This document shows, one piece after another, positions 21,285 to 31,078 of a stretch of 64,000 nucleotides of DNA; positions within the stretch are counted from its first letter, which is position 1; each line of letters begins with the position of its first letter. Source of the DNA: Candidatus Borrarchaeum weybense (GTDB lineage: Archaea > Asgardarchaeota > Sifarchaeia > Borrarchaeales > Borrarchaeaceae). The stretch lies in contig JAHQJS010000006.1 of the NCBI GenBank assembly GCA_019057385.1, positions 709,038-773,037 of the forward strand, written 5' to 3'. The position numbers and the translations under genes were made by a program. The notes under the pieces are model-generated. The model saw only the letters and a program-made list of their open reading frames with translations, had not been told where the DNA came from and made no database searches.

Positions 21285-22154
21285 CTATTTTTCACTATCT
21301 ATTTTTTGGATTTCTTCCAAGTATAGATCTGGGCGGCGATCAAGTATAAAACTATGCGTTTCCATTCTGGGAAGTACTTGTTCTATTTCCTTCCACGTCG
21401 TAACATGATATAACGGACTATCTTTGCGTGTTTCACGTAACCAACCCAGATCAAGTTCGGCGGTTATAATCTGTTGATCTGGGCCGCATTCTACTATCAC
21501 GTCATTTTCAAATTTCGGTGCAACAATTAGTGATCCTATCCATTTCTGTTTAGCCATTCCCGCTGAGCACACAAACACGTTGTTCTCTAGAGCGCGAACA
21601 CGACATAACCGTTTCCAAAAGGTTAAAAATTGCGCTGGCATTCGAGATGGTACAAAAAGAATTTCTGCTCCTTTCAATACAAGAATTCTAGGGGTTTCAG
21701 GAATAGCGAGATCCTGACAAAGAAGCACACCGGCTTTTCCAAAATCAAGATCGAGTACTTTGAGTACATCGCCAGAGGTAGATTTTCTGAAGGTGGGTTC
21801 CCATGGAAATAAATTGACCTTTCTGTGATTGAAGATAATTTGTCCTTTTCTGTCAAATACTGGTGTTGAATTATACTTTATTTCACCCGCTTTTTCAAAA
21901 AGTCCGCCTGTTAAATACACCTTATTATCTCTTGCAAAATCTGATAAGACATCAGTTGTTGGACCAGGGATGGGTTCTGACAAGCCAGCACCTATGAATA
22001 ACTCTGGTAAACAAATGAAATCCGCTTCTAGCGCAACAGCTTCTTCCATTAAGGCTATTGCACGTTCAATATTCCCCTCCCTCCCACTCTTAAGTTCACT
22101 CTTAATCCATAACTGGACGGCAGCTACTTTTACGGTATCTTTCAAAATTATCAC
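21285..22154 (-). CDS. Carbon-nitrogen hydrolase (nitrilase family)
   Basis: E-K-C triad contexts LPELF, HRKVNLF, LLCQD; RALEN. Confidence 0.9.
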   Translation of the reverse strand: MIILKDTVKVAAVQLWIKSELKSGREGNIERAIALMEEAVALEADFICLPELFIGAGLSEPIPGPTTDVLSDFARDNKVYLTGGLFEKAGEIKYNSTPVFDRKGQIIFNHRKVNLFPWEPTFRKSTSGDVLKVLDLDFGKAGVLLCQDLAIPETPRILVLKGAEILFVPSRMPAQFLTFWKRLCRVRALENNVFVCSAGMAKQKWIGSLIVAPKFENDVIVECGPDQQIITAELDLGWLRETRKDSPLYHVTTWKEIEQVLPRMETHSFILDRRPDLYLEEIQKIDSEK

Positions 22155-22231
22155 TCCATTCTCAGTTTATATGAATGTTCATAACATAAAATAGCACAGC
22201 ATACAAAGTGATATTTAGCATATCTCGTCCT

Positions 22232-22280
22232 TTTAACTTATGTGGTGAGACGTGCCCATTCAACAGGTGGGACGGTTCAC
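22232..22280 (+). mobile_element. Degenerate ~50-nt single-hairpin IS200/IS605-type mini-element
   Basis: TTTAACTTATGTGG..CCCA-loop-TGGG..TTCAC, similar to 23344-23392 and 31414-31465. Confidence 0.55.
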
Positions 22281-22298
22281 AATCTAACTAAAAAAAAG

Positions 22299-22835
22299 CT
22301 ATTTGCTTAGTGTTTGTGTTGCGAGGATATCCTGTGTTAACTCTTGGAAAATACGACCAACATTATCTCCTGTTTTTGCACTTGTTGGGATGAATTTTTT
22401 TAATTTGTTCTTTGCAAGATAATCTTGAATAAATTTATTGTCGATTATTCCTGCAATATCTGATTTTGTTCCAACTAAAAAAATTGAGGGCTTTTTTGTA
22501 TTTTCCCTGATAATTGCCAACCATTCATCTAAATTAATTAATGTAGTAAAATCATTCATATCAAAAGCCAATATAACGCCATGAGCACCCTTGCAGTAAC
22601 TAGGGAGAATGAAGCGAAAACGCTTTTCCCCACCAAAGTCCCATAGTTGAAGAGTGACTATTCTATCTTCGGTTTCTATCACTTCACTGTAAAAACCTGC
22701 ACCGATCGTAATTTTCATCACTTCTAAAAATGTGTTTGACACATACCTATTAAGCAAGCTTGTTTTTCCAACCCCTCCGTCGCCCGCTACCACGACCTTG
22801 ACGTAATACTCCTCTTTTGATGCCACAGCTGCCAT
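22299..22835 (-). CDS. Rab/Ras-like small GTPase
   Basis: G1 GDGGVGKTS, G2 TIG, G3 WDFGG, G4 TKSD, G5 SAK; no C-terminal prenylation Cys. Confidence 0.92.
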   Translation of the reverse strand: MAAVASKEEYYVKVVVAGDGGVGKTSLLNRYVSNTFLEVMKITIGAGFYSEVIETEDRIVTLQLWDFGGEKRFRFILPSYCKGAHGVILAFDMNDFTTLINLDEWLAIIRENTKKPSIFLVGTKSDIAGIIDNKFIQDYLAKNKLKKFIPTSAKTGDNVGRIFQELTQDILATQTLSK

Positions 22836-22990
22836 TTAGGATCCTCTTTGATATCTTTTATATGTAGGTATCGTTAATGAAGAAATTGCAGTACTTCTAA
22901 AAAAGTATTTTGGACTTCTTAGAAAAAACTTCCAATTTGAAATTAATTTCCAAAAACAATTGCTTCTGTCTGTCTTACCGTTGATTTTAC

Positions 22991-23301
22991 GAGTAGCTAA
23001 GCAAGAAAGCACCAAAGCTTCAGCGTGGTGATGAATTGCGTGAGTGTTCACTTTCAACACTTGCATCGAGGGGTCTCCCTAATAGTTATAAGGTGGTATG
23101 ACGAAGATATCAACGGCTATTGGAGGGACAATACGCATACTTGTAGACAAGGTGCATACTCCGATTGCATCACGATCGTTAGCCGTACCTACGGGGCGTA
23201 GGGATGTTAAGCCTGTGGAGATAAGACCTCCGTAACCCGTAAGGGGATCGAGTCCGTCGTTGAAGCAGGAAGCCTCGATGCTTTAGCACGAGGTAGCTCA
23301 C
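22991..23301 (+). mobile_element. Non-coding IS200/IS605-derived miniature element, copy 2
   Basis: Follows TTAC (22987-22990) and ends in TCAC; aligns with 2497-2815. Confidence 0.85.
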
Positions 23302-23343
23302 AGGTTATAAGGGTAGAATTGCTGCCTTAAATTAGAAAATAAA

Positions 23344-23392
23344 TTTAACTTAATCGGCGGGAAGCCTCATCCGAAAGGATGGGGTAGTTCAC
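23344..23392 (+). mobile_element. ~50-nt single-hairpin IS200/IS605-type mini-element
   Basis: TTTAACTTAATCGGCGG-GAAG-CCTCATCC-GAAA-GGATGGGG-TAGT-TCAC. Confidence 0.7.
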
Positions 23393-23481
23393 GCATATAA
23401 GAAAATCAAGATAGCTGGATGGTCTTAAATATGACTGGATTTGAGTATAACCGACTTCTTAGTAAAAAAAGATGTCCGCAT

Positions 23482-24288
23482 CTATTTTGGTCTAATCTTA
23501 GAAGCGACATGTCCCATTTTCTTGAAACTTTCGATCTGTTCGAATAACTTTCCAGCAGTAGATTCAATGCCATGTGGACTTAATTCTTCTTTTAACTCAT
23601 TAATTGTATATCCTGCATCTTTGGAACTGCCAATGATTTCGAGAATTTTTTTATTTTCTTCTGAAAAATGATCTACTTTTTCTTGTAGCTCTGCCCACGG
23701 TTTTTTGAGCACATAAACACGTGTAAATGTTTCTGCCGAAATTTCTTCTGCCGTTTCTACTATTTCAGATATGTGCCCCATCTTCTTAAAAGACTCAAGC
23801 TGTTCGAAGGTTTTTCCAACGGACGCTTCAATTCCTTGTGCTTTCAATTTGTCGACAATTTCTGGTGCCATCATTCCTGCAGTAGCAGAATTATCAAGGA
23901 GTTCAAGAACATTCTTGTTTTCTTCTGAAAAGTGTTCTACGCGTGGTTTCAACTCTGCCCATGGTTTTTTCAGCATATATCGTTTATAAAATGCAGGTGA
24001 GAGTTCGGTTTCTTCTATTTTGTAGGCTTCACCTTCAATGATCGCAGTTTTGTGATCCTTTGAGATTTTGATGGCTTCATCCTTTGGAAAAACGTTCTCT
24101 CTTCGTACATTTCCATCAGTATCAAGATACAGAAGTAGTATATGAGTGCCGTGGTCAAGTGTTTTCGTAACTAACCCCATGGATTGGGATGCACGTTCAA
24201 TATCTTTTTCAGTAATTTCAAGAGCTTCTCTAGCACCACAATTCGGGCATGTTACTTGAATTATCTTAGAGGACAGCATAATTATCAA
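23482..24288 (-). CDS. Zn-binding (CxxC..HxxH) domain plus two tandem ~85-aa wHTH-like repeats
   Basis: CPNC..HGTH; repeats Y(M/V)LKKPWAEL..HFSEENK..GK(T/L)FEQ(L/I)ESFKKMGH. Confidence 0.7.
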   Translation of the reverse strand: MIIMLSSKIIQVTCPNCGAREALEITEKDIERASQSMGLVTKTLDHGTHILLLYLDTDGNVRRENVFPKDEAIKISKDHKTAIIEGEAYKIEETELSPAFYKRYMLKKPWAELKPRVEHFSEENKNVLELLDNSATAGMMAPEIVDKLKAQGIEASVGKTFEQLESFKKMGHISEIVETAEEISAETFTRVYVLKKPWAELQEKVDHFSEENKKILEIIGSSKDAGYTINELKEELSPHGIESTAGKLFEQIESFKKMGHVASKIRPK

Positions 24289-24662
24289 CCACAGAGATTA
24301 TATAATCAATTCAGACGGGAAAACGTGAGGATTATCACAATCCTTGCCCATACCAGATTTATAACTATCCTCTTTAATAAACATTACGTCCTCAAATATT
24401 TTGTGATGATTAAAGAAGTACGTGTTTTTTAACTTATTCGGCTGGAAGAAAGGGATTTTAAAGAATAAGGGATTCTCGAAATAAAGACGATCGAAAAGAG
24501 AAGTTATTTCAGGATGCGACTTTTAAGGTCGAAACGTTTTTTTACAAGGATGACATTAGAATCTTGAGGAACACGCCACTTATGTGATCTGTCAGAAAAG
24601 AAATATCTAATTAATTAGAGTTAAATAAATCTACGCAAAGCTTAAAATATTCTTTAAAAAGG

Positions 24663-25550
24663 ATGGAGGATATGATTCATCTCATTTTAGCAACGTTTGA
24701 GTCTGGGCTGGGCTCGGTATTGTATGATGACAAGGTTATTTCGGCAAAAAACTCACACTCAAACTTAGGAGAAGGATATGATAGTTCAGAATATTATCCT
24801 CGTTTTATTCGAGCACTTTATGATTTTGCGCAAGAAATTTCAAAGGAAAAGAAATTTCGAATTCATAAAGTGGATTTACTCAATTATAATCTTCTACTTT
24901 TTGATACTGGTGAAGTATTATGGGGTTTTTTTTGTGATTTCTGGGATAATATGCCCTATACCGAAGAAAAGATTACGAAAATTATCAAACTTTTGGATTC
25001 TACCGTCAGAAAGGCAGATAGAACGCAACCGCAATTTGAAATTGAAAATTCATTGCATCAAAAATTAGATCAAATATTGACTACTCAGGTGTTTCCTAAA
25101 GACAAATTGGAAGAAATCAATGAGATTATTGAAAAATTGGACAATACTGCTCCACCGCAAATTACAATAACTTCTGTTTACCTTTTTGATATTGATGGTG
25201 GAATTGTAAAAGCATGGGAGCCTGTTAAGGATTATGGAGGTAAAATTCGTCGAACTCTCTACAAGCTAGTATGTGAAATGCCATTTCATTTTCAAAGTAG
25301 ATTAGAACTAAATGTTGATCTAGGTTCAAATGAAAATGAAGGCTGGAAAATTGTACGCTTAGGAGACACAGAATTTGCCATGTGTTTTCGTGTAATGTAC
25401 GCGACAGAACACAGGGGTCTACTGAATGTCATAACAAAATCTACATGTGAAAAGGTCTTAGAAATCATTAAGAATGACATCCAAAATGTCAAAACAAAAG
25501 CATCCCATTATTCATATGAAATTCGAACAAAAGACTTCTTCGATTTTTAA
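24663..25550 (+). CDS. Putative longin-like plus roadblock-like two-domain protein
   Basis: FIRALYDFAQEI..IHKVDL..LWGFFCD (longin-like pattern); ITSVYLFDIDGGIV (roadblock/profilin-like). The fold call is by eye only. Confidence 0.45.
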   Translation: MEDMIHLILATFESGLGSVLYDDKVISAKNSHSNLGEGYDSSEYYPRFIRALYDFAQEISKEKKFRIHKVDLLNYNLLLFDTGEVLWGFFCDFWDNMPYTEEKITKIIKLLDSTVRKADRTQPQFEIENSLHQKLDQILTTQVFPKDKLEEINEIIEKLDNTAPPQITITSVYLFDIDGGIVKAWEPVKDYGGKIRRTLYKLVCEMPFHFQSRLELNVDLGSNENEGWKIVRLGDTEFAMCFRVMYATEHRGLLNVITKSTCEKVLEIIKNDIQNVKTKASHYSYEIRTKDFFDF

Positions 25551-25608
25551 TTGATAGACAGTTTCCTCCTTAAAAAACAGTAAAGAGTCTTAAAGACTAG
25601 ATATAAAC

Positions 25609-25643
25609 GAAAATAAAGTAGAAAATAAAGTAGAAAATAAAGT
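25609..25643 (+). repeat. 12-bp tandem repeat, about 3 copies
   Basis: GAAAATAAAGTA x2 + GAAAATAAAGT, just upstream of 25663. Confidence 0.85.
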
Positions 25644-25662
25644 CAAAGTTTCCCAAAGAAAA

Positions 25663-26004
25663 ATGGTGAGAAAAATGAAAATTCTTGAGGTTAACATTCC
25701 TTTTGACGAATTACCAGAAGACATTCAGAAAAAATGCCGGGATGGTATCAAAAAGGAAATCAAAACAACATTTGAAAGAGAAAGTGACGGAAGCGGATGG
25801 GTGATTCATTGCGAATTCCTAGGAGAACCTGTACAGCATAAGAATGTTAATAATACAGAATTGCAGGAAAATGAAATTATTGAACAGTTTTATGCTAAGG
25901 ACATTGAACCTGAACTCATTGATTTGCTGCTTTCAGGTCAACACTTGTTTCCACTGGATATAGTGATTCGAATAACTCAGAAGCAGTCAATTACCCCACC
26001 CTAA
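25663..26004 (+). CDS. Hypothetical protein; stop codon lies inside an IS-end hairpin
   Basis: 113-aa ORF; last codons overlap 25986-26043. Confidence 0.6.
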   Translation: MVRKMKILEVNIPFDELPEDIQKKCRDGIKKEIKTTFERESDGSGWVIHCEFLGEPVQHKNVNNTELQENEIIEQFYAKDIEPELIDLLLSGQHLFPLDIVIRITQKQSITPP

Positions 26005-26043
26005 AGGGTAGGGGCTTCCAGAGGCGGGAGTCGTGATAAGGTT
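25986..26043 (-). mobile_element. Isolated IS200/IS605-type end hairpin
   Basis: Minus strand reads GAAG-CCCCTACCC-TTTA-GGGTGGGG-TAAT-TGAC. Confidence 0.65.
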
Positions 26044-26162
26044 GATTTTTTCTTTTTTCATTTTGGGGATTTAGGTTCAACAGAACCCGAAATCAAGATT
26101 TAATATGTTGTTTTTTGAATGTAGAAATCCTATTTAGTAAAGAATTTAAGTAAAACAATAAA

Positions 26163-27098
26163 TTGTCAGACAATCGTTCTCATATAGCACTTGGAAGTGG
26201 ATTATTGAGTTTTGTGGAGCTCCAAGTTCAAATTGCAAATCTGTATACACTAGTTAATGAACATAGAAAGAAGAGAGATCAATATAATGAAAAAACACGT
26301 GAATTGATGAGAGAATCTAAACAACTTCGTGAAGAACGTGTGAAATTTATTGAACAGGCCAAGAACGAACAAAAAAAACGCGATGAGATGAACAGTAAAG
26401 TCCGTGAATATAAAGAACAGCGGAAGGAGCTAAATGAAGAAATAAAAAAGGCACGAGAAAGATTGAATGAATTAAAACAGGGACGAAATGAACTCGAGGA
26501 TAATAATCCTTCGAAGATTCCCACAAAAAGATTGATGAGAGAACTAAAAGATTCAGAATGGATAATTCAAACAACGGTAATGAGCTTAGATAAAGAAAGA
26601 GAATTGGTTAATAAGATAGCAAAATTGGAAGCGCAATTAGAAGAAAAAACGACCGCTCAAAATAAAATAAATGAGTTTCAATCAAAAATAATTGAAGAGG
26701 CTGCTTCCCTTGGGGCAATAAAGGCAAAACTGGACCAATCTCATCAAAAAGTTATAGATTATGCTAAAAAAGCACAAGAACATCATGATCAAATGGAAAA
26801 GCTGTTTTCGAAAGCTAAGGAATTTGAAAAAAGAGCAGATGAATTGTATAAGCAATTTCTTGAAGTTAAGAAACTAGCCGATGACGAACACCAAAAAGTC
26901 GTAAAGATTTATGAAAAAATTGACATATTAAAAAAGGAAATTAATGATTTGAAGAAATCGGAAGAGGAAGAAAAGCAAAGACGTATAGATGTAAAACTAG
27001 AGGAAAAAGAGAAAGTAGCAGTTCAGAAACTCAAGGAAAAGAGAAAGAAGTTAACAATGGAAGAGTTTAGGATTCTTGTGGAAAAAGGACTCATTTGA
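26163..27098 (+). CDS. Conserved archaeal coiled-coil protein (COG1340-like)
   Basis: Heptad-rich; EWIIQTTVMSLDKERELV and terminal KKLTMEEF motifs. Confidence 0.8.
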   Translation: MSDNRSHIALGSGLLSFVELQVQIANLYTLVNEHRKKRDQYNEKTRELMRESKQLREERVKFIEQAKNEQKKRDEMNSKVREYKEQRKELNEEIKKARERLNELKQGRNELEDNNPSKIPTKRLMRELKDSEWIIQTTVMSLDKERELVNKIAKLEAQLEEKTTAQNKINEFQSKIIEEAASLGAIKAKLDQSHQKVIDYAKKAQEHHDQMEKLFSKAKEFEKRADELYKQFLEVKKLADDEHQKVVKIYEKIDILKKEINDLKKSEEEEKQRRIDVKLEEKEKVAVQKLKEKRKKLTMEEFRILVEKGLI

Positions 27099-27140
27099 TC
27101 TTTTCATTTTAACTGAGATTTTTGAAGAATTAACTATTGG

Positions 27141-28550
27141 ATGGGGACTTTTATGGATGATCTTTTAGAAAAAGTATTGAATAAGGTAAATTTCCCTGAA
27201 ATTGATTTCATGGATATACGAGTTTTTCAAAAAAAAGCAACAACTGTCCGTGTTGAAACAGGGCGTATATCAAAATTAATAAATTCATCATACGGAGGCG
27301 CTGGTGTGCGTGTGTTTTCTTCTGATGGCTGTTGGAGTCATGCTTCCACCAACTCAGTTAGTGAAGAATCATTGTTGAAAACCTTAAATGTAGCTTATAA
27401 AGCCGCAAAAAGTCTTACTAACAAAACTTCCAATGAACAAATCAAATTGCCTTCAATTCAACCTGTTAAAAAGAACACAGTGATTAAAGCTAAAATACAT
27501 CCAAACGATGTATCTCTTGAAGAAAAAGCGAAAAGAGTCTTCGAATATGAAAAAATCGCTAGGACAGTCGATCCCCGAATAGTAAACACACATTTCAACT
27601 ATCAAGATTCAATTATCCATGAACTAGTTGTCAATTCCTTTGGAAGTAATGTTAGTAGTACTTGGATTTATACACAACTGAGAGGAAGAGTTACAGCCAA
27701 AGAAATGAGCTTGAGAGAAAAAGGTTTCTCCACGGTTGGAAAAACACAAGGTTTTGAAGTTATTGAACAAATTGACGCTGAAGAGTTCAGTATAAACGCT
27801 GCTAGAAAAGCATTATCGAAACTTACTGCAAAAACACCTACAGCAGGCAAATTTAACGTCATTCTAGATCCCCGTCTTACGGGATTATTTGCGCATGAAG
27901 CATTTGGACATTCAGCAGAAGCTGATTTAGTAATGGAGGGCGCTTCTGTCCTTGAGGGCATGCTTGGTAAGCAAATCGCATCACCAAATGTGACAATTAT
28001 TGATGATCCTACGATACCTGGAAGCTTTGGTTTTTTCCAGACGGATAGTGAGGGAGTAATCGCAAGACAAAAAGAACTACTTGCTGATGGGGTATTAATT
28101 GAGTATTTACACACGTTGGAGACTGCCTCAAAAATGAATATGTCACCAAATGGGAGTGCAAGGGCTAGTAATCATCACGTGACGCCTCTAGCACGGATGG
28201 GTAGTATCTATGTTCAACCTAAAGATTATTCATTTGAGGAATTGATTGAAGGGGTAACGGGCATTTACATGAAAGGAGCTGAATTCGGACATGTGGATCC
28301 TGCAACTGGCGAATTCCTATTTAAAGCAGAGCAAGGATGGAACGTTGAGAATGGAGAGATAAAAGAACAGTTACGAGATGTTGCTTTATCAGGGTCAACT
28401 TTAGAAACACTAAGGAACATAGAAACTATAGGCAAAGATTTAGTCCTTTTAGGACCTGGTCAATGCGGAAAAAGAGGCCAACTTGTTCCTGTTGATGATG
28501 GAGGACCACATATTCGCGTAAAAGACGTTATCGTAGGAGGACTACAATAA
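27141..28550 (+). CDS. tldD: TldD/PmbA-family metalloprotease, TldD subunit
   Basis: HEAFGHSAEAD and CGKRGQLVPVDDGGP motifs. Confidence 0.92.
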   Translation: MGTFMDDLLEKVLNKVNFPEIDFMDIRVFQKKATTVRVETGRISKLINSSYGGAGVRVFSSDGCWSHASTNSVSEESLLKTLNVAYKAAKSLTNKTSNEQIKLPSIQPVKKNTVIKAKIHPNDVSLEEKAKRVFEYEKIARTVDPRIVNTHFNYQDSIIHELVVNSFGSNVSSTWIYTQLRGRVTAKEMSLREKGFSTVGKTQGFEVIEQIDAEEFSINAARKALSKLTAKTPTAGKFNVILDPRLTGLFAHEAFGHSAEADLVMEGASVLEGMLGKQIASPNVTIIDDPTIPGSFGFFQTDSEGVIARQKELLADGVLIEYLHTLETASKMNMSPNGSARASNHHVTPLARMGSIYVQPKDYSFEELIEGVTGIYMKGAEFGHVDPATGEFLFKAEQGWNVENGEIKEQLRDVALSGSTLETLRNIETIGKDLVLLGPGQCGKRGQLVPVDDGGPHIRVKDVIVGGLQ

Positions 28551-28611
28551 TATTATCATATCCCTCGTCATTAACAACTAAAGAAATCCACTTTTATATA
28601 GATTAATTAAT

Positions 28612-29192
28612 ATGTTGTTTGAAGTTGGGATTATGGCATTAAAAATACTAGAATATCCAGAAAAACTGTCAGATTTTTTCGTTAAAGCGATAATCATTGG
28701 ATTTATATACGCAATTTGTATCTATGGTTTCCGATTCGTGTTTCAGTTCCTACAGGTCAGACCTATACCTGGTAATCCTTTGCTAGGCTTTGTTCTTGAA
28801 GTTATAGCTGGAGTAATTCTTGCCTTAGTTCTTGGCTTTGTTTCAATTAGATTAACCTTTCCGTTTGTTACACGATCCATATTTGTCTTTTCGATTTTAT
28901 TCATTATAGGCTACGCAAATAATATTGTGGAACTCCTCTTCTATTCAACAACACCAATCTATGTATTCTATCATGACTTTGCATTCACACTAGCAACGCA
29001 CATAGTAACGGCTGCGGTTATTGCTCTTCTCTTTCCACCACTGAACGACACAGATTCTGCGATAACTCAACTAAAGATTTTCTTCTCTGGACACTCAACG
29101 ACTTGGTGGATTTTCCGAGTGTTGATAGCCGGTGCATTATATTTCCCAATTTATTTTGCTTTTGGTTTGGTAGTCAGCCCGATAGTAGTACC
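28612..29192 (+). pseudogene. Multi-TM membrane protein, 5' part, interrupted by an IS
   Basis: Joining 29192 to 31079 restores ..SPIVVP-YYTDPVLGL.. in frame (about 300 aa in total). Confidence 0.85.
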
Positions 29193-31078
29193 GTTCCTTT
29201 CACAATAGACATCTATTACAATAATAGTGTCTATCCACTCACGCGCGAAAGGGGAGTGGAGTCCCCGCTAGGACGGTTGAGCGGGATACCTGTCGCCATA
29301 TAGGGGACAGGCTTTGCGGATTTTAACCTAAAACGTTTGTTCCGAAGTTCTTGATACACACGATAGATATTTATGGCGGCAATGTAATCGCGATCGGCTA
29401 GATAGCAACACGCGCTACATTGAAAGAATCTCCCTCGTTGTATGGCATGACGGGAGCGGGGATCGCTGATTTTCTCGCCTTTGGCACCACAGCGCGGACA
29501 ATAACTCGACGTCCACCTGGGATTTACTCGGACAATCCTAATTCCGAAGTGTTTTGCCTTGTACTTAAGGATGTCATACAACGCCCCTCGTAACCAATTC
29601 GACAGTTTACGGGAGAGTTTTCGCTTGTGTTTCGGCGGCTGGTAGGTGCGCAAGTCCTCCAACACGATGGTCTTGCACCCCCATTTAAGGGCAGTCTTTA
29701 GCAGTTGGTTGCTCGCTAGGTGCAAGATTTCCTCCCGATAGCGGTTCAGTTTACGGTAAAGCCGCTCTAGTTCTTGTTGGCGTTTGCCCTGCCCGTACCA
29801 ATTGACGAGGTAGCGGTCTAACTTGCGTTGCAGACGGGCAATATGGTGGTAGAGGGAGTCTATCTTTTGTAACACGGTGTGAGACGGCGACCAAAATAGT
29901 GGAGTGCTCAACTGCGACCCAGCTTCACAAATTACCGAGGTCGTCAGATTGATCACCCCTAGGTCCGTCGCCAGCACCCGATTTGCCTGTAACGCAGAAT
30001 ACTGTGTTTGAAGTTGAACGTTGTGCTGTGTGTCTGGATTAAAAGACCAGGCACATTCCAAAAAAGGCAGTGTTAAGCCGCTTTTCAGCGTCAGATAGCG
30101 TAAAGTCGGAGCACACAATTTACTAGTGGACGAGCTAATACGTTGGTGAATTTGGGCAGGTATCGACAGGATACACTCCTGCCAGGTCCAGTGGGACCGT
30201 TGTGAGGGCTGAGCACACTGTGGTACTTTCAGGCTGATACGGATGGTGAAAGGATCTTTTTCTGGCTGCCAGTCATACTGAATGACCTGTCCCTCATCAG
30301 GGCTGTAGGGAAGTATAAAAGAGCGAATTTGTGGTGTTACCACTGCCGTATAAGGAAACTGCTTCAAGACGCTGAGATCCAGGCCCAATTGATAGTAGTA
30401 GCGCCTAAAGGTGCGTAGCGTTTGACGGATTAGCGCCCATCGATAGTATTTGCCTTCAAAATTCGCTAAGGTGAAGGCTACGGTGCGCACTAAACTATCG
30501 AGGTTCTCCTCCACACCCGTGATTTGCACGATGCGCAACACGTCAAAATAACACTGCTTGCGGATGGCTTGGGAACGGAGTATGCGTCCTACCTGTTCGG
30601 CAATACAGCGTCTGATGCGTGAGGGGAGATACACTGGTTTCCCTTGAGAGGTAGTCAAAATGACGCGTTTTTCGTTGACGACTTTGTAGGCTTTGTTGTT
30701 ACGGTTGGAATCCAGCGCATCAATCCAGTGATCCGACCATAAGGCCTCTAATAACTGTTGAGCGGCTTGTAAAGCCAATTCCCGTAGCATATCCAGTTGG
30801 TGGCGTAAGGTAGTATGCTGTGGGAATTTGAGTGGATAACTTAGCGTCAGGGAGGTCATGACTGCCAGCATTCCCCTATGGTGAGGGTGATGTGTGAGCC
30901 GAGTTAGTTATCGGCACATATATTTTAAGGAGGCTGCTATAAAAAGGCAACGATTCCGTTAGTACTCACAACAGAACTCCATTCATCTGCCTCCACCACG
31001 AAATATGTGTCTCTAACACGAGATAGTTGACTACATGTGATAAAATTTGTCTATAAAATTATCAACAGTTGACCACCC
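29193..31078 (-). mobile_element. Non-autonomous tnpB-only IS, probably IS607 family (1,886 bp)
   Basis: CC (GG on the element strand) at both junctions, 29191-29192 and 31077-31078; no terminal IRs; short GTCAAC/ATAGAC repeats near the ends; visibly higher GC than the host; no tnpA. Confidence 0.8.
29231..30871 (-). CDS. tnpB: Long (546 aa) TnpB-family RNA-guided nuclease
   Basis: RuvC-I LATDLG, RuvC-II IVLEDL, Zn finger CPRC/CSAC, RuvC-III DRDYIAAINI; D-E-D triad intact. Confidence 0.92.
   Translation of the reverse strand: MLAVMTSLTLSYPLKFPQHTTLRHQLDMLRELALQAAQQLLEALWSDHWIDALDSNRNNKAYKVVNEKRVILTTSQGKPVYLPSRIRRCIAEQVGRILRSQAIRKQCYFDVLRIVQITGVEENLDSLVRTVAFTLANFEGKYYRWALIRQTLRTFRRYYYQLGLDLSVLKQFPYTAVVTPQIRSFILPYSPDEGQVIQYDWQPEKDPFTIRISLKVPQCAQPSQRSHWTWQECILSIPAQIHQRISSSTSKLCAPTLRYLTLKSGLTLPFLECAWSFNPDTQHNVQLQTQYSALQANRVLATDLGVINLTTSVICEAGSQLSTPLFWSPSHTVLQKIDSLYHHIARLQRKLDRYLVNWYGQGKRQQELERLYRKLNRYREEILHLASNQLLKTALKWGCKTIVLEDLRTYQPPKHKRKLSRKLSNWLRGALYDILKYKAKHFGIRIVRVNPRWTSSYCPRCGAKGEKISDPRSRHAIQRGRFFQCSACCYLADRDYIAAINIYRVYQELRNKRFRLKSAKPVPYMATGIPLNRPSGDSTPLSRVSG

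Noticed and set aside
22836-23066. 76-aa ORF upstream of the GTPase
   Set aside because: It starts inside the non-coding IS605-derived element; likely spurious.
29193-31078. IStron (self-splicing IS) rescuing the host gene
   Set aside because: The element is antisense to the host gene and has only about 200 bp upstream of tnpB, with no recognisable group I intron core.
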